The notes under the pieces are model-generated. The model saw nothing but the letters and a program-made list of their open reading frames with translations. It searched no databases and was not told the origin of the DNA. Below, piece by piece: positions 33,750 to 46,285 of a DNA stretch of 64,000 nt (its first letter is position 1; each line of letters begins with the position of its first letter). The stretch is taken from contig NC_092395.1 in assembly GCF_030028105.1 (NCBI RefSeq), positions 43,242,459 to 43,306,458 on the forward strand, written 5' to 3'. The translations under genes and the position numbers were made by a program. This DNA comes from Mobula birostris. Lineage: Eukaryota.

Positions 33750-36700
33750 TCTTTTTTCTTTTTCAATATTTTTATTGATTTCTATATAGAAGAATACAGA
33801 GTCCAAGGGAATACATATTATAAAACAAAAGAAAAAATATAATGATACCAGGTACAGTATATAGAATCACATTAATGAACTCCTTACCCTATATTCATAT
33901 AGATTAGAATAATTTGTACATTGGAATATAAACAGTTTTATATAAAAAAATCTATACCCACTACCAAAGTCGAAGCTGTTTTGGGAAAAAAAAAGAAAAA
34001 AAAAACCTTATCAGAGAATAAAATATGCTATGAACCAACTTCTGTACTTTAACGAGAAGTCAAAGATTATGAGAATAATTTAAAAATGGCCCCCACAAAT
34101 TTTGAAAATCTTGGTTAGATTCAGAAATTGAACAACGAATCTTTTCTAAATTTAGGCATGCCATAACATCCCGTAACCACTGAGCATGGTTGGACGGAAC
34201 AGCATCCTTCCACTTAAACAAAAGCGCCCTCCTAGCCATAAGAGAGATAAAAGCCAGAATGTGCAAATCAGATGTCTTCAAGATGATATCTTTCCTTCCA
34301 ACAATACCAAATAGGGCAGTCAAAGGATTAGGCTTAACACTTACTTTAAAAAGTACAGAAAAAGTTTGGAATAATTCCTTCCAATATTTTTCAAGTCTTG
34401 GGCATGTCCAAAGCATATGAATGAATGAAGCTTCTCCATTCTTACACCAATCACATAAGGGAGATGTATTCATATAAAAATAAGATAACATATCCTTGGT
34501 CATATAAGCCTTATGAACCACTTCAAATTGCAGGAGGGAATGACGAACACATAAAGATGAAGTATTAACCAATTTAAAAATTTCATTCCAAGTTTCTTCA
34601 GAAATTGAAGTCTGTAAATCTTGTTCCCAAAGATTTTTGATTTTGTCTAAAGAATTATTTCTCATTCCCAGCAACGTACCATAAATATTGGATATTGAAC
34701 CATTATAAAATGATTTCATTTAAAGAATTTCATCCAGTGCGTTCTTATCAGGATTATTAAGAAATGTATATAATTGAGATTGCAGAAAATCTCTAAATTG
34801 TAAGTACCGAAAAAATGGGTGTTTGGTCAACAATATTTAGTTGACAATTGTTCAAAAGAAAAAAGACTTCCTCCACAAGCAGATCTTGGAAGCGTGTAAT
34901 GCCCAATCCTTCCCATTGTTTAAAAACTACATCAGTCATAGAAGGCTTTAAAGATAATTTTAAAAAAAGGGACTAGAAAGGGAGAACCTCAATAAACCAA
35001 AGTGTTTTCTAAATTGTCTCCAAATCCTCAAAGTATGTTTGACTACCACATTTTCAGTTATCTTACTTAAGAATAAAGGAAGTGAAAATCCCAGAAGAGA
35101 TATAATAGAAAATTTACTAACTGGGTTAGCTTCTAAAGAAACTCATCCAGGACAGTCCTCATGATTAATATAGTGTAACCAAAATGTGAGATTCTGTATA
35201 TTAGCTGCCCAGTAATAAAACCTAAAATTTGGTAAAGCGAAATCTCCATTCTTTTTAACTTTCTGGAGATGGACTTTATTCAATTGAAGATGTTTACTTT
35301 TTCCATATATAGGAGGATAAAATAGAGTCCAGAGGGTCAAGAAAGGATTTAGGAATAAAAACAGGTAAAGCCTGAAAGAGGTATGTAAGTTTAGGTAAAA
35401 CATTCACTTTAATAGAATTAATTTGACCAATCAATGTTAATGAAAGGGGCAACCAATTTGATAATGTTCTTTTTATATAATTTAATAAAGTAAGAAAATT
35501 TTCTTTAAATTGGTATTTATAATTCTTAGTAAATGTTACACCCAAATAAGTGAATTGGTTTCTTAATATTTGAAAAGGAAATTTAATATCAGTTGATACC
35601 AAATTATTCAAAGGAAAAAGTTCACTCTTGTGTAGGTTCAATTTATATCCAGAAAACCAACTAAAATAAGAGAGTAAAGAAAGCACAGAAGGTAATGAAG
35701 TTTCAACATTAGAAATGTAAAGCAGTAAGTCATCCACATAAAGTGAAACTTTGTGGATAGTACCCTTCCGTAAATAACAGTGATATCATTAGGTTCTAAG
35801 GCCAGGTCAAAGAGCAAAGGACTCAAAGGGCAACCTTGTCTGGTTCCACGTTGAAGTTTAAATGGTTTAGTATTCTGAGAATTAGTAAGAACGCGAGCAA
35901 AAGGAGGTTTGTACAGTAATTTAATCCATTGATTAAAGTTGGACCAAAATTCAATAATACCATTCAACCCGATCAAAAGCCTTCTCAGAGTCTAAGGATA
36001 TCACACACTCCAATATCTCCTTAAAAGGAGAATAGATGACATTTAATAACTGAGGAAGTGAGAATATCGATTTTCAATAAAACCAGTCTGATCATCAGAA
36101 ATGATAGATGGTAAGATATTTTCCACCTTACGGGCCAGAACTTTAGAGAGGATTTCGTCATCAACATTAAGTATGGAAATTGGTCTATATGAAGAACATT
36201 CAGTTGGGTTCTTATTTTTTTTTAAGGATAAGCGAAATAGAAGCTTCGTGAAAAAGATTGTGGCAACCTACCTGGCTTACAAGAAACTGAAAAAACTGAA
36301 CATAAATGAAGTAGAAGCAAAGAAGAAAAAACCTTATAAAATTCTCCAGAAAATCAATCAGGACCAGGATCTTTTCCTGAATGCAGTGAGCGTACAGCCT
36401 CGGCTATTTCTTCATGAGAAATACATAGATCCAATTGTTTTCAGTTATCAGCAGTAAGTGTGGGGATATTTAATTGGTCTAAAAAATTATCCATTACAGT
36501 ATTATCTTTAAGAGGATCAGAACTATAAAGTTTAGAATAAAATTCTCTAAAAGTATCATTTATTTCTAAATGATCAGTTATCCTAATACCGTTAGCTTTA
36601 TAAATTTCTTTAATCTGTCATTTAGCACTAGAAGTTTTAATTTGGTTAGCCAATAATTTACCTGTTTTATCTCCATGAATATAAAATTGACTTTTATCCT

Positions 36701-37500
36701 TTAGGAGTTGAGTTTCAATAGGATATGTTAATAAAAATCAAATTTAGTTTTAATTTCAACCTGTCTTTTATACAAAACAGCATCTGAAGACAGAGCATAT
36801 TCTTCATCTAATTGTTTCAGCTGATTGGCTAAATTAATTCTCTCTTTATTAGCTTTTTTCTTAACACTTGCAATATAAAAAAATGATTTGTCCTCTAATA
36901 TATACTCTAAAGGAATCCCGTATGACAAGACTAGAACTCTCCTCCACCGTATTCTCTTCAAACAAGAGAATAATTTGCCTCTCCAAGAACTTTCAAAAAT
37001 CCTTCTCAGATAACAAAGTTAAATTACAATGCCAGAATCTGTTTGTCTCAGGAAAACCTGAAAGATTTACGGATAAAAGCACAGGAGCATGGTCAGAAAT
37101 TGCAATCTCTTTATATTCACAAGATCGAACTAATGGAATCATTTGGTTATTCATAAAAAATAGTCAATTCTGGAAAACGTATGATGAACATGAAAGAAAA
37201 AATGAGTATTCTCTATCTGCTTGGTTTAAGAAACACCATATATTCATAATACCACATTTAATTAGAAATCAATGAATAAATTTTCTCAAAACTCGGACCC
37301 TGCTGTTATAATTAATTGTGTCGCCACTTAAATATTACATGTAACATGGAATCCTCAAGATAAGTTTAACAAGTTTAAACATAAAACACCCAGAGTCTGC
37401 GTGATAAAGAGTGAGTCATTCAAAACAAAAGCAAGGAAAACAATTAACAAAAATTAACCAATTATGGTGCTCTTAAAAATCTCAGAGCCCAATTCTCTCC
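33750..37500 (-). mobile_element. L1-clade LINE ORF2 (degenerate)
   Basis: QRGTRQGCPLSPLLFDLALEP, MDDLLLYIS, KLNLHKSELFP, HMLWTCPRLEKYW, and a 3' AATAAA plus A-rich tail at about 33750-33780. Confidence 0.92.
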
Positions 37501-39417
37501 AGCTTGCCAGACATGACCAAACACCTCTTTACAAAGTCATATTATAGTGATGGTATTTCAAGTGTGGATTTTCCTTGTTAATAGAGGCAGTCTGATAGAG
37601 ACAGCTTTGGCAGGGAATCTTAGAGCAATGGGAATGGACACCCTGGACAATATGGAAACTCAGGAGTCTTCCTGTTTTCTGTACAATGATAGGTGCAGGA
37701 AGTATTTTCAGTTGAAGGAACACATCCTCTGGGTTTGGCACTTGGGCAGCAACAGTCCATCCACAAGGCTGATTGTTTCATGTGCAGTCAGCTTCAGGAG
37801 CTGGTCATCCTGCAGCTAAAGTGAGTGCATGTATCAGGGAGATGAGGAGATCACCAGGCAGACTGGTGCAGGGAGATAGGTCAGCAGAGCCGTGAGGACT
37901 CCCTGCTCTCTAACTGTATGATATTCAGAGTACTGATTAGGGATAGTCTTCCTCTAGGGACAGAGGCATGGCCAGACAAGTGGGTTAATTGTGCAGGCAG
38001 AGGAACAGGAAGAAGAATGGTTCTTAATTTGTGGAGCAGAATATCAAACCTTTCATCAAATGAATTGGTCACTTGACCTATGTGCCAATAATGAAGTCAA
38101 ATTAAAGTAAACCAATCTGATTCCACAAGGTCTGTATCCTTGCTATATTATTTTGGCTGCTGCAATTTCCTTCCACATCTCTTAGATGGAGAATTTTGAA
38201 ATTTATTTGCCATGGGTGAGATAGCAGATGACTGGAGAATAGCAAAGGTGGTCCCAGTATTCAAAAGGGCAGCAGATATAAACCAGACAATGTTGGGCCA
38301 TGAGTTTTAAATCAGTGGAAGGGAATTATAGTAAAATTCCCAAGGATAGGATATATTTATGCATGGAAAGGCTGAGATTAATCGGGGCATAGTCAGCATA
38401 GCTATATTTGTGGGAAAGCTTGTCTCAATAATTGATTGAATTTTCAGGTATAACCAGAGATTGGATTGACTGAGTTTGTATCTTGGGAACTTGGAGAAGT
38501 CAGTGTGTGAGATGATAGAGATATATGAGATAATGAGGAAGATAGAGAGTAGATATTAAAGATATTTTTCTGGTGGAGGGATTTGAAGGATATATCTCTG
38601 GTCGAGGGATGGCCTTAAACTGATAAGGTAGGACATTTAGAAGAATCCTGAGGGGAGACATTCCACTTAGAGAATGGTGTGACACTTGAACATCATTCGT
38701 GAGGAGTTGGTAGATGCAGGTAATGTCGAAAAACACTTGAATTGCAGAGAAGATTTCAGGCCAAACACCAGTTCATAACTACATCCAGCAAGACCTGGAT
38801 AACATTCAGGAATGGGCTCATAGGGGTTAAGTAGTATTCATATCATAGATATGCTGGACTGGTGTCATGTTCAAGAAGTGTGTGTCGAGCTACCTACCCC
38901 TGGCATTCAGTGCCATACCACCATGATACTTTGCCACTATTTATAACATCTAAGACAAGCACACAATGGAACACTCTCCACTTTTGAAGAAGAGTACAGC
39001 TCCAAAAATTTTTCAGAATTTCAAAACTATCCAGGAGAATGCAGCTCAATTTCCACTGCCATCGACATTCATTTACTCCACCATGGATGGTCCCAAACCC
39101 AGCTGAAAGAGGAGGAGTGTTCGACATGGGTCAAGTAATGCATCCTGTAGAAACCAAGAGCTACAGAAATGTTAACAGAAGCTTCAAAGAGCTCCTCCCT
39201 GAGAGAGGATGGGTCTTTGAAGATGGGCTACACCTGTGAACAACTTGAAAGAATGGGCCAGGACAGAGGACTCTGACCGGTGGCCAATGCTCCAGGAAGG
39301 TGATAGGCTTAAACAAACAAGCATCAACGTTTCATTCTATCCACCAGAGGTGTACAATGAATTCAGTGTGGTCCACTTATAAAATGTCCTGCTGTTACTT
39401 CCCCATGTTAATCTATC

Positions 39418-40015
39418 TTTCTATTCAAATTTTTTTATTGTTATATACAGGAAAAATAACATGAGTACATCGAAGTAATGACAGTTACAATGCCTCAAAA
39501 AAAACATTATCTTAAAGATTGAAAAAAAATTTTGAGACAACAAAAAAAAACCTACTAAGCAGAAAAGTGAGAAAAAAAGAGAACCCATTAGGTGTACAAC
39601 CCTGGAATCATGCGTCATACAAAAAGCTTCTAAAAATAAACATCAAACTGCCAGCAAGAAAAGAAAATATACTAAAATAATTTACAATTAGATCGTGGAA
39701 AAATTATATCAATTAACTCAAATGATAATAACGAGCAAATGAGTCCCATCTTGTCTCACTATTAAATAAAGGATCAAAGGTTCGACTTCTAATTTTCTCC
39801 AAACTAAGACATAGCATCACTTGAGAGAACCATTGTGACAAAGTGGGAGCTGATATATCTTTCCACTTCAGCAAAATGGCCCTCCTAGCTAACAATGTAA
39901 CAAATGCAATAACATGTTGGTCAGGCACAGAAATACCATGAATATTTTGAGGAACTATTCCAAAGAGCACAGTTAATTTATTAGGTTGTAAATTAATTTT
40001 AAGTGCTTTAGAAAT
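39418..40015 (-). mobile_element. 5'-truncated L1 3' end
   Basis: IAFVTLLARRAILLKWKDISAPTLSQWFSQVMLCLSLEKIR. The 5' junction is a 31-bp fold-back. Confidence 0.85.
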
Positions 40016-40170
40016 ATGTCTTTAATTTCTAAAGCACTTAAAATTAATCTACAACTCCATGTTACTCTAAGAACTCCTTCCAAATCTTTCAGCTCACCTG
40101 CAAGTACACAAGGTGAGAAAAAGCAGGAGGTGTCCCCTGCAAGTTCATTTCCAAGTTACAAGTTGGAAAT

Positions 40171-40783
40171 ATTAGATTATGAAGACACGTAGTCCCCTTT
40201 TATTGTCATTTAGTAATGCATGCATTAAGAAATAATGCATTGTTTCCTCCGGTGTGATATCACAAAGCACAGGACAAACCAAGACTGAAAATACTGACAA
40301 AACCACATAATTATACATATAGTTATAAACAGTGTAACAATACCATAACTTGATGAAGATAGTCCGTGAGCACAGTAAAGTTTAAAGTTTCTCAAATGTC
40401 CAACATCTCCTGCAGACGGGAGAAGGAAGAAAAACTCTCCCTTCCATGCTGACGACAATCCGACTCTGAGTCATCCGAAAACTTCGAGCTCTGATCAGCT
40501 CTCCGACACCGGGTACTGAGCGGCATCTCTGCCGAATGATTCGACCTCCTTCTTGGTTGCCAAAAGTAGGCAAGACCGGGGATTTTGAGGCCTACCCTCC
40601 AAAAGATTCCCGACCACACACTGTAACGACAGCAGCAGACGGACATTTCAGAAATTTCTCCAGATGTTCCTCTGTTCTTTCACGTCCATTCTCCATCAAA
40701 TCAGAATTGTCCACAGCCCCTATTTAACATTTTTCACCAGAGAGCTGCGCACGTGCAGCGCACTGCCATCTTCTCCTCCCGCC
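40171..40783 (-). mobile_element. ~620-bp non-autonomous retroelement, copy 2
   Basis: Head GGCGGGAGGAGAAGATGGC and tail GACAATAAA...ATAATCTAAT. Confidence 0.8.
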
Positions 40784-41431
40784 GATATCTCGCAAATAAG
40801 TAAGAATATCTAGTTTTGGACCTCAGAAAAATTTCTATAAATGTACTGTGATAAGGAGTTTCCTGAATGTTTAGCCTTTGGGAAAAAGTAACGGGTTTGA
40901 GTTCAAAAAATGTTGTGTGATGTGTGGCCACCTGTCAGTTCACTTGAGTTTTATCTATCTCCATCTCACAGCCAAGATATTAGTGCAGGGACATTCAACT
41001 GTTATCTTGAAACTGGAGCCAGTTACGTATCTGAAACTGCTGGACTGTAGGGAGAAAGGCTGGTGCATGTAATGTTTTTAATATCGAGCTGGTCTGAGGT
41101 GAACAGGCCAAATGGCCTCACTTTCTGAGGGAGTCATTCTGATTCACTGTTATTTACCCTCTTATGATGACCTGTGAGTCTGAGACGGTGAATTTAGTTC
41201 TGGCACCTCTCAGGTAAAACCTTCTTGTTTTAGGCAGTTCATAAAGTTGATAATTGACTGATGCCTTGTTTCTGCACTGTCTAGTCACTGGGATGAAATG
41301 ACAGCATCCATCTCCAATATAGTACAATTCCCTTTTGTAACTCTGGTTAGATCTGGAGGTGATATTGTCCAGAAAGTTCTTCAGGAGTCAAAAGGAGTTG
41401 CCACATTGATGGTTACAGCTGTTTTATCAGA

Positions 41432-42523
41432 CGTTCATCGTGCAAAGGTGCAAAAATAACAGGGTTGTTATCATTGGTGACTTGAACTTCCCTAATATTG
41501 ATTGGCACCTGATTAGTTCTAAGGGTTTAGATGGGGCAGAGTTTGTTAAGTGTGTCCAGGACGGATTTCTGTCACAGTATGTGGACAGGCCTACTAGGGA
41601 GAATGCCATACTAGATCTAGTACTAGGTAATGAATCGGGTCAGGTCACAGATCTCTCAGTGGGTGAGCATCTGGGGGACAGTGACCCCCGCTCCCTGGCC
41701 TTAAGCATTATCATGGAAAAGGATAGAATCAGAGAGGACAGGAACATTTTTAATTGGGGAAAGGCAAATTATGAGGCTATAAGGCTAGAACTTGCAGGTG
41801 TGAATTGGGATGATGTTTTTGCTGGGAAATGTACTATGGACATGTGGTCGATGTTTAGAGATCTCTTGCGGGATGTTAGGGATAAATTTGTCCCGGTGAG
41901 GAAGATAAAGAATGGTAGGGTGAAGGAACCATTGGTGACAAGTGAGGTGGAAAATCTAGTCAAGTGGAAGAAGGCAACATACATGAGGTTTAGGAAGCAA
42001 GGATCAGATGGGTCTATTGAGGAATATAGGGAAGCAAGAAAGGAGCTTAAGAAGGGGCTGAGAAGAGCAAGAAGGGGGCAGGAGAAGGCCTTGGCGAGTA
42101 GGGTAAAGGAAAACCCCAAGGCATTTTTCAATTATGTGAAGAAAAACAGGATGACAGGAGTGAAGGTAGGACCGATTAGAGATAAAGGTGGGAAGATGTG
42201 CCTGGAGGCTGTGGAAGTGAGCGAGGTCCTCAATGAATACTTCTCTTCAGTATTCACCAATGAGAGGGAACTTGATGATGGTGAGGACAATATGAATGAG
42301 GTTGATGTTCTGGAGCATGTTGATATTAAGGGAGAGGAGGTGTTGGAGTTGTTAAAATACATTAGGACAGATAAGTCCCCGGGGCCTGACGGAATATTCC
42401 CCAGGCTGCTCCACGAGGCGAGAGAAGAGATTGCTGAGCCTCTGGCTAGGATCTTTATGTCCTCGTTGTCCATGGGAATGGTACTGGAGGATTGGAGGGA
42501 GGCGAATGTTGTCCCCTTGTTCT
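41432..42523 (+). mobile_element. CR1 ORF2 internal fragment (endonuclease C-terminal half to pre-RT), open for 361 aa
   Basis: VIIGDLNFPNIDW, RENAILDLVL, HLGDSD, KSPGPDGIFPRLL and DWREANVVPLF. Confidence 0.93.
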
Positions 42524-42529
42524 GACAGG

Positions 42530-43960
42530 AAATGATCATGTTGAGGTGGTGGAGGTGTGCGTTCATGGGTGTAGGAGTTAGTCATCCTTCGTACTTGGGG
42601 AAATTAACTGTTTTTGAATCTAGTGGTCCTGGTGTGGATGCTACACAGCATCCTCTCAGCTGGGAGTGGGACAGTCAATGTGCAGGGTTGGTGGGATCCT
42701 TCATGACATTACTGACACCATTCTGCATATACGTCCTTGATGGTGGGTCAACTTGTGCCACTGATGCATTGGGCATACCCATGGTATTGAAGTTCCTGTC
42801 CACCACAGAGCAGTTTCCTTACCATGCAATGAGAAAGCTTGTTAGGATGCTCTGTATTGCACATCTGCAGAAGGACATGAGTAAAGCTGTGCACAGTCCA
42901 GCTCACTTCAGCCTCCTCGGAAGTAGAAGTGTAGGTGAGCTTTCCCAGTTGTGTAGGATGTCTTCTGGGATGATGAGAGGTGATGCATGATGTGTGGCCA
43001 ATCTGATGTGTGTGGTGTGAGTTCTCCTGACGTCAATAACAATCTTCCTTGTCTTGCTGATATTGAGGAACAAGTTAATTGCCTGGAACCAGCCATCAAA
43101 CTCTTGCACCTCCTCTCTGAATGCTGTATTATCATTGTTGGTGATGAGCCCCACCACTGTTGTGTCATTGGGAAACCTGACAATGTGATTACTTAATGTA
43201 TGGCTGTGCAGTGATGTGAGAGCAGAGTGTTTAACAATGGCGCCAGCGCAGAGCCCTGGGGGTGGGGGCACCTGTGTTAAGGATCATGGAGAGGGAGGAG
43301 CAGTTATGCATCCTGACTATCTGAGGTCTGTTTGTTCGGAAGTCCAACAACCAGTTGCACGGTGGTGCATTTAGACTGAGGAGTCGGAGTTTGTTCACCA
43401 AGCTCTGTGGGACAATCGTGTTGAATGCTGAACTGCAATCCAGAAACAGCATTCTAACAGTCCTGCTGGAGGGTCTTGGCCTGAAACATCGACTGTACTC
43501 TTTTCGATAGGTGCTGCCTGGCATGCTGAGTTGCTCCAGCATTTTATGTGTGTTGCCTGGATTTCCAGCACCTGCAGATTTTCTATTCTTCTGACACAAG
43601 TGCTCCTGTTTTCTTGGTGTACCAGGGCCAGTTGTATGACAGATGCTATTGCATTCGTCATTCGGTAAACATATTTGTGAGTGTCCAGTGTGGCAGGAAT
43701 GAGCTTTTAATGTGTGCCATTACCAGCTGTTCAAAGCACTTCATGATCATTGGTGTCAGTGACACCGGTCGACAGTCATTTAGTTCTGAGAGTGTAGAGT
43801 ACTTTCATACAGGAATGAAGGTGGCTGATCTGAAGCATATGGGACAGCAGCCTGGATGAGTGAGGTGTTGTAGATGTCCGTGAGGAGGTCAGTGAGCTGG
43901 TGTGCACATTTCCTGACTCCTCAGCCTGGGATGTTGTCTGGCCCAGCTGCGTTAAGGGGT
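42530..43960 (-). mobile_element. Rex1-like LINE RT fragment with PLE-derived insert
   Basis: [37 protein letters not shown] and LNISKTRKIVIDVRR. Confidence 0.85.
43457..43590 (+). mobile_element. Single-arm PLE pLTR-derived element with decayed hammerhead
   Basis: ACAGTC-CTGCTGG-AGG-gtcttgg-CCT-GAAAC-ATC-GACTGT, followed by the same arm as the fold-back elements. Confidence 0.75.
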
Positions 43961-44224
43961 TTGAATCTCTTCAGAATCCTTGTGATTATACAAACATGAA
44001 AGCAATTGTAAGCAAAACCAACACTAGAAAAAGACAATAAAAGCAATAATTTGGGCTCCAATTAACACAGCTCAGTCAGAATCAGAATCAGGTTTATTAT
44101 CACTGACAGATCCAATACACTTCCCTTGTGACTCTCTCTTTGGTAAAATAAAATCATTTAAAATCTAAGGACAATAACATGCAAGGTAGGACATTATTAG
44201 TAGTTTCTCATGAGATAAACTGTG

Positions 44225-44680
44225 GAAAACATTGATGGTAACAAAACAAATGATGGTGACGAGGAGGTGTACAGGAGTGAGATAGATCAGCTGGTTGAAT
44301 TGTATTGAAACAACAACCTTGCACTTAACATCAGTAGGAACAATGAACCGGTTGTGGACTTCAGGAAGGGGAAGTTGAAGGAACACACACCAGTCCTCAT
44401 TGACGGATCAGCATTGGGAAGTGTGTGCAGTTTCATTCAAAAGGCGATGACTCAAACAGACAGTATCCAACATTCAGGTCCCATCATTCAGGACATGCCC
44501 TCTACCTAATGCTGCCATCAAGGAGGAGGTACAGGAGCCTGAAGACACACACCCAATGTTTCAGGAACAGCTTCTTCCCCTCTGCCATCATATTTTTGAA
44601 TGGACAATGAATCCATGAATACTGTGGCAGTATTTTTCCTTCTCTTTTTCACTACTTGTTTAATTTAATCTTAATAATTC
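44225..44680 (+). mobile_element. Rex1-like LINE 3' fragment
   Basis: HSGHALYLMLPSRRRYRSLKTHTQCFRNSFFPSAI. Confidence 0.75.
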
Positions 44681-44754
44681 TTCCTGTCCCCTAATGGTTG
44701 GTGTACTTGTGTATATTTCCCTCAATCTTGAGGCCTGGGAGTTTGAGGATTCCA

Positions 44755-46285
44755 TGTAGATACGGGAACAGGTCGAAGAGTGGAGTGACCGTCAGCCTCC
44801 ACCTGTAGATGTATGACCTCAAGCAGTATGCCAGAAATGAAAGAGACATTGACTTACTAATCCACCTGACAAGGGTGTACGGCAGAGACATTGGGATGTC
44901 ATTTGAACTGGAAAAGTGCAGCTGGATGGTGGTGAAAAGAGATAAACTCATCAATACTGAAGGAATTGAGTTACCTGAAGGCAACAGATCAGATGTTCAG
45001 GACAGCTACAAATACCTGGATATCCTGCAGACACATGGAAGTCACAATGAGGACACAAGTAAGGCTGCAGCATCCAAGTCCCTCCAAAGAGTGAGACAGT
45101 TCCGAAAGAGCCAGCTGATTGGGAAGAACACGATCAGAGTCATCAACACATTCGCCCTGCCAGTTATCAGATACCCAGCAGCAATAATGTGCTGGCCAAG
45201 GAACAAGCTGGAAGCCGGTGACATCAAGACCCAGAAACAACTAACAATACATGGAGGCTTTCTCTCAATGTCTAACACTGAGCAACTGCACACCTACTGG
45301 AATAAAGGAGGATGAGATCTTAGAAGTGTCAAGGCATCAATCCTGGAAGAAATATGAAACATCAGTGAGTATTTCAGGAAAATGGCCCTTAAGGATGACT
45401 TGCTTAGAGAATACCTCAGGCAGCAGGCTGGGGACATGGGTGAAGAAGAACCAGAGCACCAGAGGCCATGGCAGGACAAGTCGCTGCACAGGACGTACCA
45501 TCCCCAGATATCAGTGGTAGCTGACAAAAGAAAGTCCTACCAATGGCTGGAAATGGCAGGGCTGAGGAACAGCACAGAGGTGCTGGTCATGGCTGCACAA
45601 GAACAGACTCTGAGCACAAGAGCAATAGAAGCAGGGTCTATTAAACCAAACAAGACTCACGATGCAGACAGTGGAAGAAATCCTCTGAAACAATCCAGCA
45701 CATAGTAGCAGAGTGTAAGATGCAGACAGGGACAGCATACACAGTCAAGTTGCAGGAATTGTGTACAGGAACATCTGCACTGAGAATAGATTGGACACCC
45801 GCAAGATCAAATGAGGAACACCTGAGAAGGTAGTGTAGAATGACAGAGCTAAGATCCTGTGGGACTTCCAAATATAGACTGATCAGCAGGAATTGGCCAA
45901 GCAACCAGACATAGTAATACAGGTAAAGAAACAGGAGAAAGCAATGCTAATAGATGTGGCACTCCTGAATGACGGTAACATCAGGAAGAAAGAATATGAG
46001 AAGCTGGAGAAATACCAGGGCTTGAAAGAGCAGATACAAAGAACATGGAAGATTAAAGCCAGAGTAATTCCTCTGGTGATAGGTGCACTTGGAGCTGTGA
46101 CACCTGGACTGGGAGAGTGGCTCCAACCAGTCCCAAGAACAACATCTGATATGTCTGTGCAGAAGAGTGCACGACTAGGGACGGCAAGGATACTGTGCGG
46201 AACCCTCAAGCCCCCAGGCCTCTGGTAAACGACCCAAGATTGAGAGAGAAATACACATCCACACCACCCATAGCAGGTGAGAAAA
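44755..46285 (+). mobile_element. R4-clade (Rex6/Dong-like) non-LTR retrotransposon: RT C-terminus, zinc knuckle, restriction-like endonuclease
   Basis: MYDLKQYARNERDIDLLIHLTRVY and YKYLDIL, then QPDIVIQVKKQEKAMLIDVA...EKLEKYQGLKE (PD..D/E-type RLE motif). Confidence 0.85.

Noticed and set aside
36101-37275. Plus-strand ORFs of 118 and 135 aa
   Set aside because: They are antisense shadows of the minus-strand L1 ORF2. The same applies to most short ORFs in the supplied track that overlap CR1, Rex1 or L1.
37500-37870. Possible additional retroelement RT fragment
   Set aside because: Too degenerate to assign to any clade from sequence alone.
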